A DNA stretch of 64,000 nucleotides. Source: Octopus sinensis (lineage: Eukaryota). A model generated the notes under the pieces. It had not been told where the DNA came from, did not search any database, and was given only the letters and a program-made list of their open reading frames with translations. A program made the position numbers and the translations under genes. This document shows positions 26,751-40,860 of this stretch, piece after piece (position 1 is the first letter of the stretch; every line of letters starts with the position of its first letter). The DNA is taken from positions 13,888,001-13,952,000 of the forward strand of contig NC_043006.1 in the NCBI RefSeq assembly GCF_006345805.1. The letters are read 5' to 3'.

Positions 26751-27161
26751 TTAGGTTGGTGCACAGTTACTGCAGCTTTTTTTCAATAAATTTTATTCAA
26801 TAAAAACAATAACAACCTTTAATAAAAACATCTTTAAATAATTATTCCGGAGCATATTCACCATCTACTTCAATTTCTGCTTGGCTTTTTGTTTAAATTT
26901 TTTGTTGAATAAAATTCACCATCCACTTCAATTTCTGCTTGGCTTTTTTACTCTTTTACTTGTTCCAGTCATTTGACTGAGGCCATGCTGGAGCACCGCC
27001 TTTAATCGAGCAACTCGACCCCGGGACTTATTCTTTTGTAAGCCCAGTACTTATTTTATCGGTTTCTTTTGCCGAACCGCTAAGTGACGGGGACATAAAC
27101 ACACCAGCATCAGTTGTCAAGCAATGCTAGGGGTACAAATACAGACACACAAACACACACA

Positions 27162-27196
<35 letters not shown>

Positions 27197-27642
27197 GACG
27201 GACTTCTTTCAGTTTCCGTCTACCAAATCCACTCACAAGGCTTTGGTCGGCCCGAGGCTATAGTAGAAGACTATAATGTGCCCAATGTGCCATGCAGTGG
27301 GACTGAACCCGGAACCATGTGGTTGGTAAACAAGCTACTTGCCACACAGCCACTCCTGCGCCTATAAATTTGTTTAAATTTTTTGTTGAATAAAATTCAC
27401 CATCCACTTCAATTTCTGCTTGGCTTTTTTACTCTTTTACTTGTTCCAGTCATTTGACTGAGGCCATGCTGGAGCACCGCCTTTAATCGAGCAACTCGAC
27501 CCCGGGACTTATTCTTTTGTAAGCCCAGTACTTATTTTATCGGTTTCTTTTGCCGAACCGCTAAGTGACGGGGACATAAACACACCAGCATCAGTTGTCA
27601 AGCAATGCTAGGGGTACAAATACAGACACACAAACACACACA

Positions 27643-27679
<37 letters not shown>

Positions 27680-27950
27680 GACGGACTTCTTTCAGTTTCC
27701 GTCTACCAAATCCACTCACAAGGCTTTGGTCGGCCCGAGGCTATAGTAGAAGACTATAATGTGCCCAATGTGCCATGCAGTGGGACTGAACCCGGAACCA
27801 TGTGGTTGGTAAACAAGCTACTTGCCACACAGCCACTCCTGCGCCTATAAATTTGTTTAAAATTTTTATTTAATAAAATTTTTTATTTAATAAAATTTTA
27901 ACTAATAAAATTTATTGAAAAAAAAACGCAATAATTGTGCACCAACCTAA
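26751..27950. mobile_element. Mariner-type MITE containing tandem-duplicated SINE A copies
   Basis: TA|TTAGGTTGGTGCACA ... TGTGCACCAACCTAA|TA; TIR start resembles Hsmar1-type TTAGGTTGGTGCA. Confidence 0.85.
26891..27861 (-). repeat. About 480-bp tandem duplication, each unit containing a full SINE A (about 26945-27364 and 27428-27846)
   Basis: Units start GTTTAAATTTT at 26891 and 27371 and share private variants such as GACTATAATGTGCCCAATGTG. Confidence 0.93.
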
Positions 27951-28350
27951 TAGCATTGAGATTTCATTAAAGTGATTGCTTGTCTTTAGAATGACAGTGT
28001 AAGGGAGAAGTGAAAAACCGGATCTGGCCAGATATGACTAGTTTAAACAGCTAAGGTTGCAGGTTATTTATTAATAATGATATGAAGTGTAATGAAGAGA
28101 AAGCATCCGTAGCTTTAATTAATTAATTATCATAAAGGAAAATTAGACAACTTTGAGATGCAAAATAATAAAAAAAAATTAAGATGAAGCATTGTTTCAT
28201 TCCTTCTTATGTTGTAAAATGCATGTTTCTAAGATCACATTCTTTTATGAATGATGTAGCTTTCCTCTTCTACTTGTCAACATTTAGAAAGAGCCTTTGG
28301 GTTTTGCTATTTCGGAAAGTATCTACCTTTTATGTACGTATATTTATCGG

Positions 28351-28600
28351 CAGACAGACAGGCAGACAGACAGGCAGACAAGTAGACAGACAGACAAGTA
28401 GACAGACAGGCAGACAAGTAGACAGACAGACAGACAAGTAGACAGACAGACAGACAAGTAGACAGACAGACAAGTAGACAGACAGACAAGTAGACAGACA
28501 GACAAGTAGACAGACAGACAGACAAGTAGACAGACAGACAGACAAGTAGACAGACAGACAAGTAGACAGACAGACAGACAGACAAGTAGACAGACAGACA
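28351..28600. repeat. (GACA)n/(GACAAGTA) compound microsatellite
   Basis: Direct inspection. Confidence 0.95.
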
Positions 28601-28978
28601 ACTTTATTGGCCACACAGGGCTGGACACAGAGGGAACAAATACAAATGTAGAGCTTTTCTTTTCGAAGATGGAAAAGGAAAAAAAAAAAAGGAAACAAAT
28701 ATAAAATTTCGATCAAAAGGGATCGTGTATCACAAAGATTTTTTTTTTAAGTAACAAACAAGATTAGGTTCATCTGTGGAAAGAAAAGCCTACAGAAAAG
28801 ACCACGCACGGTAACCTCAGGCAGGGAGGAAATAGATACATGAGAGCAGAGTGCTCTCTCTCTCTCTTTTACGATTTACAGGATCATACTCAAATTGGTT
28901 TCGTCACTCGCACGCACCATCTTTGCTACATTCACCCACTTTTTTTGAAACTTTCACGAAACAAAAGCTGCCCCAAGC
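28601..28978 (-). mobile_element. 3' UTR fragment of a Tx1-type LINE
   Basis: Homologous to 50973-51440 (GAAAAGCCTAC..GACCACG..GGTAACCTC; TTGCTACATTCACCCA); ends CCCTGTGTGGCCAATAAAG at the array. Confidence 0.75.
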
Positions 28979-29599
28979 AGATAGATAGAATGAAAGACAT
29001 ATATATATATATATGCATACATATGTACATATTTGTATATATGTAGGTAAATATTTTATATATGGTTGTTAAGTTACATCAGTGGTTCAAAGAATGAATC
29101 TCGTACATTGTACCTATCGATCAATCATGGAATCTCAGCTCCAGAGTCACATATGTGACTTCCTACCAAAAATGTAATAAAGACGTGTGTGTGGTGTATG
29201 AGCAGGAGAGATGGTGTGTGCGTGAGAGAGAGAAAGAGATTGTGTGTATGTGCGTGCGTGCGTGCGCGTGTTTAAATATTTCGTTACTGTCGATTTACAG
29301 TTGAAGGTTCAAAGTGTAACTGGATTTGGAAGAATAATCATAAATCGGCTAATAGGCGACTTAATTATGAACAATTAAATAGAACGAATTGATTATGAAC
29401 AAGTGACTAATAGACTGCTTAATTATGAACGACAGTTATATCAGTTTCATCTGTTGAAGGTGTGCCTTCATTTGAATCCATTGAAGGTTCGCCTTCTGGG
29501 TTAAAAAACGAAAAGAAATTTGTTGAAGCAAACCAAAGAAAATTTACCAAACCAAGCAACCAATTCAGCTAAACAAGCAAGCAGAGAAGATTCGTCTTC

Positions 29600-32450
29600 A
29601 AAGGAAACCAAAGCATTCAACTTCGCAGCTGCGGCTGGTTCAAAAAACAGAAGTCATAAAAATGGAAAAAAATGAGTACATGAAATTCAAAGACATGTAC
29701 ACGAGGGAAGGGACCGACGTAAAGGCCACCCTTCCAGACGAAATCAGGAAAAAAACACAAGAGAGAATTATTGTGTATAAATCCTTTGTGATAAAGGACA
29801 AAAAAAATAGAGAAAGTAACGAATGAGCAGGCGGAGAAGTTCCTGCAGCCGATTTGGAACGACATCGAATACTTAAGAGGGAAGAAATATGCCACAATAG
29901 TAGTATATTTCAAAAACGAATTCAAGGCAAAAATCCACTCTCTAAAGCCCATAAAAACAAATGAAATCATTTTGTTACCAACCTACTTGGGGAGGAGGAC
30001 AGCCAAAGTGAAAATTGAAGAAATCCCACCGGAAATCGAAGTGGCATGGTTGCTTCCAGCCTTACTGATGGGGCTGGAAGAAAAAATAAATATTGTAGAA
30101 GTGAAAAAGGTTCTGAAACAAAACTGGCGAGGCCGGAGCCTTGAAGTTAGTTAATTTTTGGCTCAAAAAGCAAAAAGCTTGACATCTTACATTACTGAGG
30201 CAGTGCTCTGCAACCAGACCGCCTTCCTATCATCAAGCCTTACCCAGTTTTCAAGGATGTAAATGCAAGAGCAGTTTAAAGATCAGTTTGAATTAAGGAC
30301 TATAAAAAGCGAGGATACTGAATAAACTAGAACCTACCTCGTAGTATCCGTTACGATTTCGAACGGTGGCGATTTCAAGATTTGAATGAAAGAAACCACA
30401 ATGAAGAGGTCAATGACCGGAAGTAATAGATGACCGAAGATAGTGCAGGGGTGATAACAGTCACCTGTGGAAATTTGGTTGGTAAACTATATATGGAAGT
30501 TACAATCCAGGCGGCCCCAGAAACACTGGAAGAAATTGTTCAGAGTATCAACTTTAGTGAAGAAATCATGGAGAAAAGGGCCACATTCGAGTGGACTGCC
30601 CCACCAGCAAAAAAGAGGAGGAAGAAAAAAGGAAGATGGAAGTGGAGGAGAAGAGGCGAAAGGAGACGGAAGAGAAAAAAACAAAAGAACACCAAAGAAG
30701 AAAACGATTTCACTCTGGTGAGACAGTGAAAGACTCCGAAAAGGAGGAATGAAGATTTAACCCCACCCACCCCAAGCACAAACAAGAAAAAAAAATACCA
30801 ACACAGCAAACACACAGGAAAAACTACACCACCCCACCTCGGTTCCCCACAAAAAGGAAAAAAAGTAAAGTTCCCCCCATCCCATCCCGGACAACCACCC
30901 CCACCCCACGGTGCTGAACAATTTCCTCCCCTCCCAGACTCCACCACATCACTCCCACAAAGCCCAGGAAAAGAAAATGTGACTCTTAACATGGTGTACA
31001 TAACCATCAATAAAGAAAATGACAGTCTATTAATAGCACGCCATCAGCGAAACCGATACGAACACACCGGGTATTACCAAAAGATGCTGACATATATAAA
31101 ATTGATATGTTAAATTTAAACATCATTCGCTCAAAATATAAAGCAGACATCTACGGTCCTCGACACGACTTAAAGGAGTCGTTGTTCGAGGACTTAAGTC
31201 AGAATTTCACCCCACGAACAGCCGAAAAAACAAAGACGACCGTTTAAGGTAGGTGATGTCTCGCATTCATGTAGGGTGCATAAATGTGCGTGGCCTGATG
31301 TCGAACTGGAAGCAAGGGCGCTTCCTAAATGACATCAGGTCACGGCATTTAGATGTTGTTGTTGCCACAGAAGCCTGGTTAAAGAGGCCAAGAGATCTGA
31401 TCCCGCTGTTCGACGGTTACGAGAGAATTATCTCTCTGGGCCGTCCGTTCGGCGGAAGTGGGGTGTTGGTCCTATGTAAAAAGAACCGGGTTCCTGAGAA
31501 AAAGTTGATTGTTTTCAGATCCAGAAGGTAGACTGGTCGTCGTTGACTTGACGTTCAGCAGTTGTAAGACAATCAGACTGGTTGCGATTTACGCACCCCA
31601 AATAACAGCGGGGCAAAGCGAATATTTTCGGAACGTGGAAAAGTTTCTTAGTACATCGCATCCTTTAGCTATACTAGGAGACTTCAACACAATTTACGAT
31701 GTGCGGGTAGACTGTGTAGGCTCGCAACCTGATAGGAAAGGAAATGCTTGCTTCCAGGATCTACTAAGACGTTTCGAGCTGGTAGATCCATATAGACTGG
31801 AATATCCGAACGCTCCATTGTGGACATGGTCAAACAGCGACGGATCTGCCAGATCGTACATAGATAGAATTTTAATTAGGAAAGTAGATAGAAAATAGCT
31901 AAGCGTCCACAGCTTCACATGGTCAGCTACAGTGATCACAAGATAGTCAGCTACAGTGATCACAAGATGGTCACCTGTAGGCTCGACATAGATAAGTTAT
32001 ATAGAGGTCCCGACCACTGGAAACTTAATACGTCTCTTTTGGCGATTAAGGAGTACAGAGACCGGATTAAGTTACTGATTCAGAGGGCAGCTCAGGTGAA
32101 GGCCAAGAGACTGGTTTTAAACCAGCACCTCGAAACCAAACACATGGGTAGCATTACGAGACGGTGGCAAGAGCAAAAGTTAATCGCGAAAAGTCAGTCG
32201 GCTTGCAACTCGGCACCTGGAGAGGCAAGTCGATGCCTCCAGACAGCGTCGTGGGACGTTGGACGGAGTATTCGGTGTTCTAACAAGACATCCACAACAA
32301 CAACGTAAGGAACACATATACGGAAAAATATTGTTGCGACTGAATAACCACAGATCTCCTTTTGAGATCCCAGAGAGGCGCAACGTTACGCCATTAGCCA
32401 ACTACTGCATATGGTGTTTAAAAGACGGAACGCTATACAAGATTAAATAG
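29600..32450 (+). mobile_element. Degenerate Tx1-type (L1 clade) LINE: ORF1 plus APE endonuclease, RT missing
   Basis: FNFAAAAG ORF1-like start; GCINVRGL, VATE, DPEGRLVVVDL..AIYAP, LGDFN, SDHK, WKLNTSLL. Confidence 0.85.
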
Positions 32451-34080
32451 AAGTCTTGGAACAACCTGGATCATATCCCAATAGAATCAGATGATTTTGC
32501 TGAAATAGAAGAATCGGCAAAATCGGATTCAGCGTGAAAATTTCATCAATAAACTTTGCGTGGCTAAGGAAGCAAAAATCCTAACAGATTTTTTTAATCC
32601 AGGCTGCGTTCTAAAATTCAAAACCTGAGATTTTTAGTCAGTAACCCCATGATAGAAAATTCATGTTGAAAACCTGGGCTTCTCAGCTTACTGGCTAGTG
32701 AAGTAAAAACGTACATAAATTGACCCTTTTCGTACCTAACTATAACTGATCAAAGGTAGATAACTCCTCACCCACAAAGGGTTTTCGTTTCTCGGGTGTT
32801 TCTTACCACCAAGCTAACGACGACTATATTTTTATCTCCGTTAGTAAAGAGGTTATGTTCCTCAGGTCAGCAGGTCTGCTAAGTAGCCGATATTGTTAAG
32901 AACAATAATAGATGAGAAACCAATGCTAACTTTCTAGCCGGCCATAGCCAACGACTACGTAAAATATTACTGTTGAAAAATATTTCTACAGTGTGCTTTT
33001 TACGGACTTACGGATAACTGACAGATTATATATCTACTATATAAATGAGTGTAGGTGTATATGTATGTGTATATAGCCCCGAAAGGGTCTGAAACGGTGC
33101 GTTCTCGGGAAGAACGGATTTGATTTTCGAAATTTGCATCCCAACGACAAGGTTTTCGGTTAATAATAATTTGATACGAAAAATAACTCAAGCATTAGAT
33201 CACTAAATCTGCTTCACCGCCATATTTGTCTGTGTCTGTCTTTTACGCTCCCCTCTTATTTGTATATATTTACTACATTCTCATTCTTTTCTCTGTGTAT
33301 GTATATCTCTTATGCTTGCTGTTCCCTTACCTCTTTCTCTTTCACTTGGCATGACTTGTAATCGCTTTCATTTTGCTTAAGACATCGTCGCATTTTGCGA
33401 TAGAGAGCTATCATGCAGAAAATGACAGTTTCCAAATCCTATTTTCCGATTGGGTAAACATGATTAAACTTTAAGCATCTGCAACATTCTTCTAAAATTT
33501 TGCTGAAATAGAAGAATCGGCAAAATCAGATTCAGCGTGAAAATTTCATCAATAAACCATATTTTAAAATTTCAACAACTGTGACTGTAACAGATAAGAT
33601 CCCCTCCCTGTATGTCTCTCTCTCTCCGAGCATAGGATGCATCGATTAGATGATAAGCGTACAAGAGCCTCCGTCGCCCAGACTCAAGAGGCGATATCTC
33701 ATTTCAATAGGAGCGACTTCAATTTCTAATGAATTTTAGTTTGGTCATAACCATCAGCATATCGTAAAGGAAAACATTTTCGATCATTCGTTTACACCTT
33801 GAAGAGCCCTGCTTCACACATAATAAGCTTTATGATGAATGTTCTAGAAAAGGAAGTAAGAAAAGTCTTTACATCTTTGAACCAAATGGAAGAAAAAAAA
33901 AAACTTCGTTTATCGAGACATTGCAAAAATCTGTCCTGAATAAGAGGCTTATCCTTCGGGGAAGACATTTTGAAAATAATCCAGCAACGATAGGAAACGC
34001 ATCTAGACGATGACTTAAATGGTCGAAGCTGCGAAATTATTGTATGTACCTATGTAGGCAAACACTATGTAAGTATGTAT

Positions 34081-34263
34081 TGTAGGAAATTAGTAATAAT
34101 GATACACCCCACCCACGTGACGAATGGAATAACCTAGTCACATTAAGTAAAGAGAAGTACCAGAGTACGTTATAAGGGATCAGAGACAGTCGCGTCTCTT
34201 TATTAAATATATAGTATACCGAGATGGACGTTATAATAATCTAACAGTTTAAGGATTACAACA
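34081..34263 (+). mobile_element. Putative 5' LTR of a Gypsy-type element
   Basis: TG...ACAACA ends; homologous to 44287-44749; followed by gag relic. Confidence 0.65.
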
Positions 34264-34853
34264 GTGGGGAAAAGGATTTAAACAACTCACGAGTAATTAA
34301 TAAACTCGACGAGGATTTAAACAACTCACGTGGAATTAATAAAGTCTACGAGGATTTAAACAACTCACGAGAAGTTAAAGTATTATTGTATGAATTTTAC
34401 GAAAACAAAATCGTAAAAACTATGGAAAGTTTGTTGGATTGTTTGCTAGAGTTACAAAAACAGCAACAACAACAACAATTACAGCAACAAATGCTGCAAT
34501 TAAGGAAGTCGTTAGGAAATTCACAAAAAGTGTTCTCGCCAGTCTATGTGGCGAACTCCATAACAGAGTTCAAATACGAACCAGACGAAAGATTTACCTT
34601 CAAAGCATACTACAGAAGATATACTTTCTTTTTTCTCTTTTTACTTGTTTCAGTCATTTGACTGCGGCCATGCTGGAGAACCGCCTTTAGTCGAGCAAAT
34701 CGACCCCGGGACTTATTCTTTGTAAGCCCAGTACTTATTCTATCGGTCTCTTTTGCCGAACCGCTAAGTGACGGGGACGTAAACACACCAGCATCGGTTG
34801 TCAAGCAATGCTAGGGGAACAAACACAGACACACAAACATATTCACACACACT

Positions 34854-34884
<31 letters not shown>

Positions 34885-35950
34885 ATATATACATATATAC
34901 GACAGGCCTCTTTCAGTTTCCGTCTACCAAATCCACCCTCAAGGCATTGGTCGGCCCGAGGCTATAGCAGAAGACACGTGCCCAAGATGCCACGCAGTGG
35001 GACTGAACCCGGAACCATTTGGTTGGTTAGCAAGCTACTTACCAAACAGCCACTCCTGCGCCTATAAATGAGCAAATTATATATGAGCAAATTTTCTAGA
35101 AAGAATATAAAAACTGAGACGACGAGATGAAAACTCTTTAATCTTGAGCAAACTGGCGGCAACAGAACATGTACGATACAGTAAATATGTATTCCCAAGA
35201 AAACCTTCGGACAAACTTTAATGGGTAAAATTACAGATTAACACCCGCACAAACCCAAAATATGGGATTTACAGCATATTACGAGGTCACAGTACTTGAT
35301 TCCATGCAAAAAATCCGAGTTTTTTTTTTTTCTTAGTGAAAATCGTGCGGGTAATTTTACCCTTTAATGACACAATAGATGTATAGTATAAATTTTTTAG
35401 CGAAAAAAAGTTCTTTGTTCAACACACGTTGGAAGTATCTGAACACAAAGAAGAACAATGACGAGGAATACACCACATATGCTGGTAGAGTAAACAGGGA
35501 ATGCGAGAAGTTTGAGCCGGATGGATTAACGCCAGATATGTTCAAATGTCTGATTTTACACAGAGACTTACTACAGAAAAAGAATTCACGCTCAGCAGGA
35601 GTAAAACCAGAATGTAACCCTACAGCAAGTGTCAGAAGAATGTGAAAGGATAGTTAAATCAAGACACGATACGGAGGAGATTGAATGTAACGGTTATTTC
35701 CAAGTAAAGCAAATGCAAAATAATTAGAAAAGAAATAAAATGTTTTCTAAAAAAAAACATGACAGAAATCATGAAATAAACCCCATGTTTTGCATGTGGA
35801 GATAATATACACCTGAGGAAAAATTGTCCAATTAAAAAAGCGGAGTGCTTTCGTTGTGGAAATATAAGACATGTAAAAATACACTGTAGAACGAAGATCA
35901 CAAAACGTTCGAACAAAGGAAAAAGAATAAATATGTCATCGCGAGAAATT
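34264..35950 (+). mobile_element. Gypsy-type gag relic interrupted by SINE A
   Basis: ITEFKYEPDERFTFKAYYRRY; YTTYAGRVNRECEKF..LTPDMFKCLI; CCHC knuckle PCFACGDNIHLRKNCP near 35780-35830. Confidence 0.75.
34628..35063 (-). mobile_element. SINE family A inserted in gag
   Basis: Full-length reverse-complement copy. Confidence 0.9.
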
Positions 35951-36611
35951 GTTTCTTTCGCTTTCACACCGGCTTCAAAAGATCCCCTTTCCACCCAACC
36001 CCGCATTAAAAAAATTAAAATTTTTCACGGAAACCGACGATCATCTTCAAAATTGTAAATAAGCACACGTAGTTTATAAGTGGTAGTCGTGTGTTCCCAC
36101 ATCGAAAGATCGCCCAATGTTTCAATAATTAGACAGATGTCCAATAGAATAGCTCTCAGAAACAGACTACGTACAAATTCGTTCTTCACAACTCCTGAAG
36201 CTGATTACTGAGTCAGGAAATTTTCATACAGCTGGAAGCTCCAATTGAAACAGGGGACCTGAAATGATAAGGTTGAGAAAGTCTGTTATAGATTATGTCT
36301 AACCAAAAACGATCACAGCCCCATCATCCTAACAGACCGGGTGAAACCGGGCTTAGCTGCTAGTTCCTTAATAAAATTCATTGAAAAACCTGATAGGCAT
36401 AACTAATGGATAGATAACTAACATATTAAGTCAGTGTGGGGTAACAGACATAATTGATTGAACTAAATATGAGATGTATATATGCGCGCGGGCGTAGGTG
36501 CGTGCGTGGATGTGTGTGTAATTGAAACATAATGTAATGTGTGTCTGTGCGAGTGAGTGACTGCCTATATATGTAATGTGTATATATGTTCACATGTCAA
36601 TAAGTACGTTG

Positions 36612-36658
<47 letters not shown>

Positions 36659-36722
36659 CAGCCCTATGGGGTCACTATTACTAATGACACGATATGACAC
36701 TGAAACAAGTAAAAGAATAAAA

Positions 36723-37138
36723 GGATCTTTTCGGTTTGAACGGCAGTTTTTTCTAGTGGTGTCATATGAAATTGTCACCCATAATTATGACCCTAGTATC
36801 GATCTATTGCATTTCAATCTATTTTAGGGTTAGTTATGGATAGGGGGAAGGGTAGCTTTTTTTCTTCACAAATGTAAATAAACCCAATCTATTTCTTAAA
36901 CGAGGGACATATTCATACGGCACAGAATTTTTTTTTACCTCAATGGACGTCAGTGATTGGTTGAAATTGCAGAAATTGAAGAAAAAAACAACAAATATCT
37001 TACAAACTATAGAATTTTCTCAATAAAGCCAAGAGAAAAAGATGTTTTTATAAACACATTCTACCAGTATACGAAGTTTAAAAATGTTTAGTTACGTGGA
37101 AATTATGTTAAAAACTGCCGTTCAAACCGAAAAGATCC
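36723..37138. mobile_element. MITE with GGATCTTTTCGGTTTGAACGGCAG TIRs and 8-bp TSD
   Basis: TSD GAATAAAA on both sides. Confidence 0.93.
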
Positions 37139-37157
37139 GAATAAAAGATAAGAATAA

Positions 37158-38348
37158 ACCAATAATATATTCACCCTTCTTGTTTACACTTTCTTCCCAA
37201 CGTTCAACAAGATTTTCAATACTTCGATGGTAGCAATCACCCGATTTCCACTCGAAAAATTGATCGAACCAAGCTCTCAATTCTGCATCAGTATTGAAGG
37301 AAACTCCGCGCATAGCATTTGAAAGAGTTCGAAAGAGGTGGAAATCCGTTGGTGCCAAATCAGGAGAGTACAGCTTGTGTGGCAGCACTTCCCAGCCACG
37401 CGTTTGAATGGCTTCCTCGGTCATATTGGTGATGTTGTGCAGCAGAACAATTCCACGCTGACGATTAGGTCTTTTCTCTTGAATAGCCGTGTTGTGTCGT
37501 TCCATCTGTTGAACATAGTGTTCCGAGTTGACCATTTGGTTCCGTTCAAGTAATTCGTAACGGATAATCCTTTTCCAGTCCCACAACATCGTTTTACGTG
37601 GATAAAGATCTTGTTTCACGCGTGGTGCCTCTTGTTTACCGGGGCGAAGCCATTCTTTACGCTGTTTCATATTGATGTACAGACACCATTTTTCATCGCC
37701 AGTAACGATTCGGTAAAGAAATCGTTACTTGTGTTCATGTGTTGAGCGGTGACGAGCAAGCAAACCAGCGGAGATTGTAGCTCGTTGATTTTTGTTCTTG
37801 TCATTTAAAGCATGCGGAACACATGCTCCATACTTCTAAAACTTTCACACCGAGTTAAGATGCTTAACTATAGCAGTGTGGGTGAATTCCATTTTCTCTG
37901 CCAGTTCCCTTGTCGTTTGACGAGAATTTTAGTGCAGAAGTTGGTTCAGTCGCTCTTCTTCGAACTCAACTGGACGGCCAGATCGAGGTGCTTCTTTGAA
38001 GTCAAAATTCACATTTTTGAACTTGGCATACCAATGACGAGCGGTTCTTTCAGCTATGGTACCCTCTCCATATACAACACAAATGTCGCGAGCAGCTTTT
38101 GCGGCCTTAGAACCTTGATTAAAAGCAATAAGAAGGCGTTGTTGAAAATGGCCGCTTTTCTTAACTTGACATTCCATTTTAATGATCTGAAAATGAACAA
38201 AAACTAAAATTAACTAGAAAAATACAAAAGATTCCAAAATGATTCAAAAGTAGAATTCTCGAAAGAAGAAAAAATAGATTCAAAAATTTTAAAACGCATT
38301 AAATTCCAAAAATTTTAAAACACGGCGGGAACTTAGTTGCGAACCCAA
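37158..38348 (-). mobile_element. Degenerate mariner element
   Basis: MECQVKK.. HTH, PRSGRP, IVTGDEKW, YSPDLAPTDFHLF; 5' TIR TTGGGTTCGCAAC next to TA. Confidence 0.9.
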
Positions 38349-39059
38349 TATGTATGTACACACATTATATACATATTTATATAATACAGAAATTTTAATG
38401 GAGATAAACCTCAAGTTTATAGTATAACTGTTTTTTTCTCCGTGTATGAGCTAAGGATTGATAAAATGTGGTTTATGATAAAAAAATTTCAGATATTTGT
38501 CTTAAAGCATTCAGACAAGCAAATTCAAATGTAGCAGATGAGGTATTATGCCATACGAATATTCACATATTTAGTGTTTGATGATAAAATTAAAATAAAC
38601 ACCTGAAATATATAATGGGTATCATGAAGTTACAAAATAAATTTAAAGAGGCTATTGAAAGTATTAGGCCCAAACCTGCAGTCAGAAAAGTTTTTGTCGA
38701 AATTCAGCCCTCAGGTTACCTTTCTCGAGGTAAAATCCAATAACGCACAGTGACAGTTCAGTTTTTGAGTATCGAAGAATAAGTGACAGAATTTAATCTG
38801 ACAGACTTCGTATTGTAGTCTAGGTTTATTTATTATCCATAAATGACTATATATCATTTCTTTATTACCCACTAGGGGCGACATAGAACGTACAATACAA
38901 TCACGAATGATTACAACAATAAAATGTTTTTCTGGGGTCGATTAAAAATGCATGATGAATTTAAAGTTCGTATGATAAAACAATTACAAGGACAGTTTTA
39001 CAAAATGTAGCGGGGCGGGTCTACGGACCCCTCGCTCCCCGCCACGACACTTTACCTTA

Positions 39060-39480
39060 TGTTTTTTTCTTTTTTACGACCTATCTCGTATTTGTGAGGG
39101 ATCTTTTACTCACCACATTTTTCCCCCTTTCATCAAACACTTTCTTGCTCAGGCTCCTCCTCTCTCGTTCTATATGTCTTTTCAGGTGGAATTTAAAATA
39201 TTCCACCAGACCTGAACCAGAGATGAAGTCGCCTGTTATCATCCCTTTCATCCTTGTCTTCCATACTGCCTGTTTCGCAGTTGAAACCACAGCGAGAAAA
39301 CAAATCTTACCTTCTTTCGTTAAGAAATCTGGTGGGCTGATCTTTACAATGGATTCGGCTGATAGCTGTACTCTTCCTTCACCTGACATCAGTTGTTCGG
39401 CACAAACCCACGTATCTGCCACATAAAGGACTATAGATAGATGGGGACGGTACAATCGGGGAACATAAAATAACAAAAGA
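39060..39480 (-). mobile_element. Tx1-type ORF2 C-terminal fragment
   Basis: AKQAVWKTRMKG..EYFKFHLKRHIERER, same region as 51400-51740. Confidence 0.75.
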
Positions 39481-39799
39481 GGACGAATAAATTTTTTTTA
39501 ATTAATTAATTTTGATTCTATAAGAAGATTTTTACCAGGTTTAATAAAAAATGTAAAGGATTGACAGGTGAATTTTTAGTTAATCATGCAAATAATAGCC
39601 TATGCGAATATTCCATTTTCGTACTGATATATTTTTATCCAAAGAAATAATTTAAGATTATAGATTTGTGTATAAGTATTCAGTGGATCTAATCCAGATG
39701 GTATTTTCAAAAAGTTTTTAAGTTTAAAAATTATTTTTATTTTATTTTAAAGTTTAAAATATTAACAGTTGCTAAATATTGATGCTTACAACATGCGTT

Positions 39800-40490
39800 A
39801 CTTTGCATATGTGTGCGCGTGTGTTGGTATGTGCGTATGTGTGTATACATGTATGTATAATTGTGTGCGTGTATGTATGAGCGTGTGCCGTGTGTGTATG
39901 GGAGGTATGTGTGGGTTAATTTGCGTGTGTGTATGTATGTGCATGTAGTTGTGTATATGTGCGTATGTGGGTGTATATATGTGTATGCGTGGGGTTGTGA
40001 GTGTTAGGTATGTGTGCATTCGTGTGCGTGCGTATGTGTGCGCATGTTTGTGTGTGCGTCTGTGTGTGTCTGTGCCTATATATGTATGCGTATGTGTATG
40101 TATGTGTGCGTGTATGCATATATTGTGTGTGTGTATATGCATAGGTGTGTATGTGAGTTTGTGTATGCGTGTGTGCGCGGGTTGTGTGTTTGTGGGGGGG
40201 TTGTGTAGGCGTAATGTGCGTACCTGTCTGTATGTGCGTGCGTGCGTGTGCTTGTGTGTGTGTACTTACGTGCGTGTGTGCGTGTATGTGCGTGTGTGTT
40301 TGTGCCCATGTGTGTATAATTGTGTGCGTGTCTGAATGTGTATTGTATGTGGGAGGTATATGTGCGAACCTGTGCTTGTGTGTGTGTGTGTGTAGGTACG
40401 TGTGTATATGTGTGTGTGCGTGCATTATGTGCGTTTGTATGTGTGTGTGTGTATGTGCGTGTGTATATGTGTGTGTGAACATATATATAT
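39800..40490. repeat. Cryptic GT/AT/GC dinucleotide mosaic (about 700 bp)
   Basis: Low-complexity alternating purine-pyrimidine sequence. Confidence 0.9.
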
Positions 40491-40590
40491 AATTATTATT
40501 TGAGGGAATAAAATCCAAACTTACAAGGAAAAAGAATTCAATTTAGAAATACTAAATCAAATTCCACACAATATAATAAATATATAAGAA

Positions 40591-40860
40591 ATATTAGAAA
40601 AAAACCCACCTTTTATCAATTCAAAATGAACAATTAAATTACACCATCTAGAAAATTACATATAATAGAAAAGTTAAAATTAACAATTAAAAAGTAAAGA
40701 TTAAGTAAATTACAAAAATAATTATATACATTTTTATAATTTTTGTAATTTACTTAATCTTTACTTTTTATTGTTATCTTAATTTTAACTTTTCTATTAT
40801 ATGTAATTTTCTAGATGGTTTAATTTAATTATTCATTTTGAATTGATAACAGGTGGGTTT

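Noticed and set aside
34273-34375. Three about 20-bp direct repeats (AGGATTTAAACAACTCACG) with a period of about 39 bp, superficially CRISPR-like
   Set aside because: The spacers resemble each other, there are only three units, no cas genes, eukaryotic context; it lies in the 5' UTR of a Gypsy relic
34386-34661. Poly-Q ORF suggesting a host regulatory gene
   Set aside because: Continues into Gypsy gag motifs and is cut by a SINE
39798-40518. Long His/Thr or Cys/Val ORFs (up to 200 aa)
   Set aside because: Translations of a dinucleotide mosaic; stop-poor by composition
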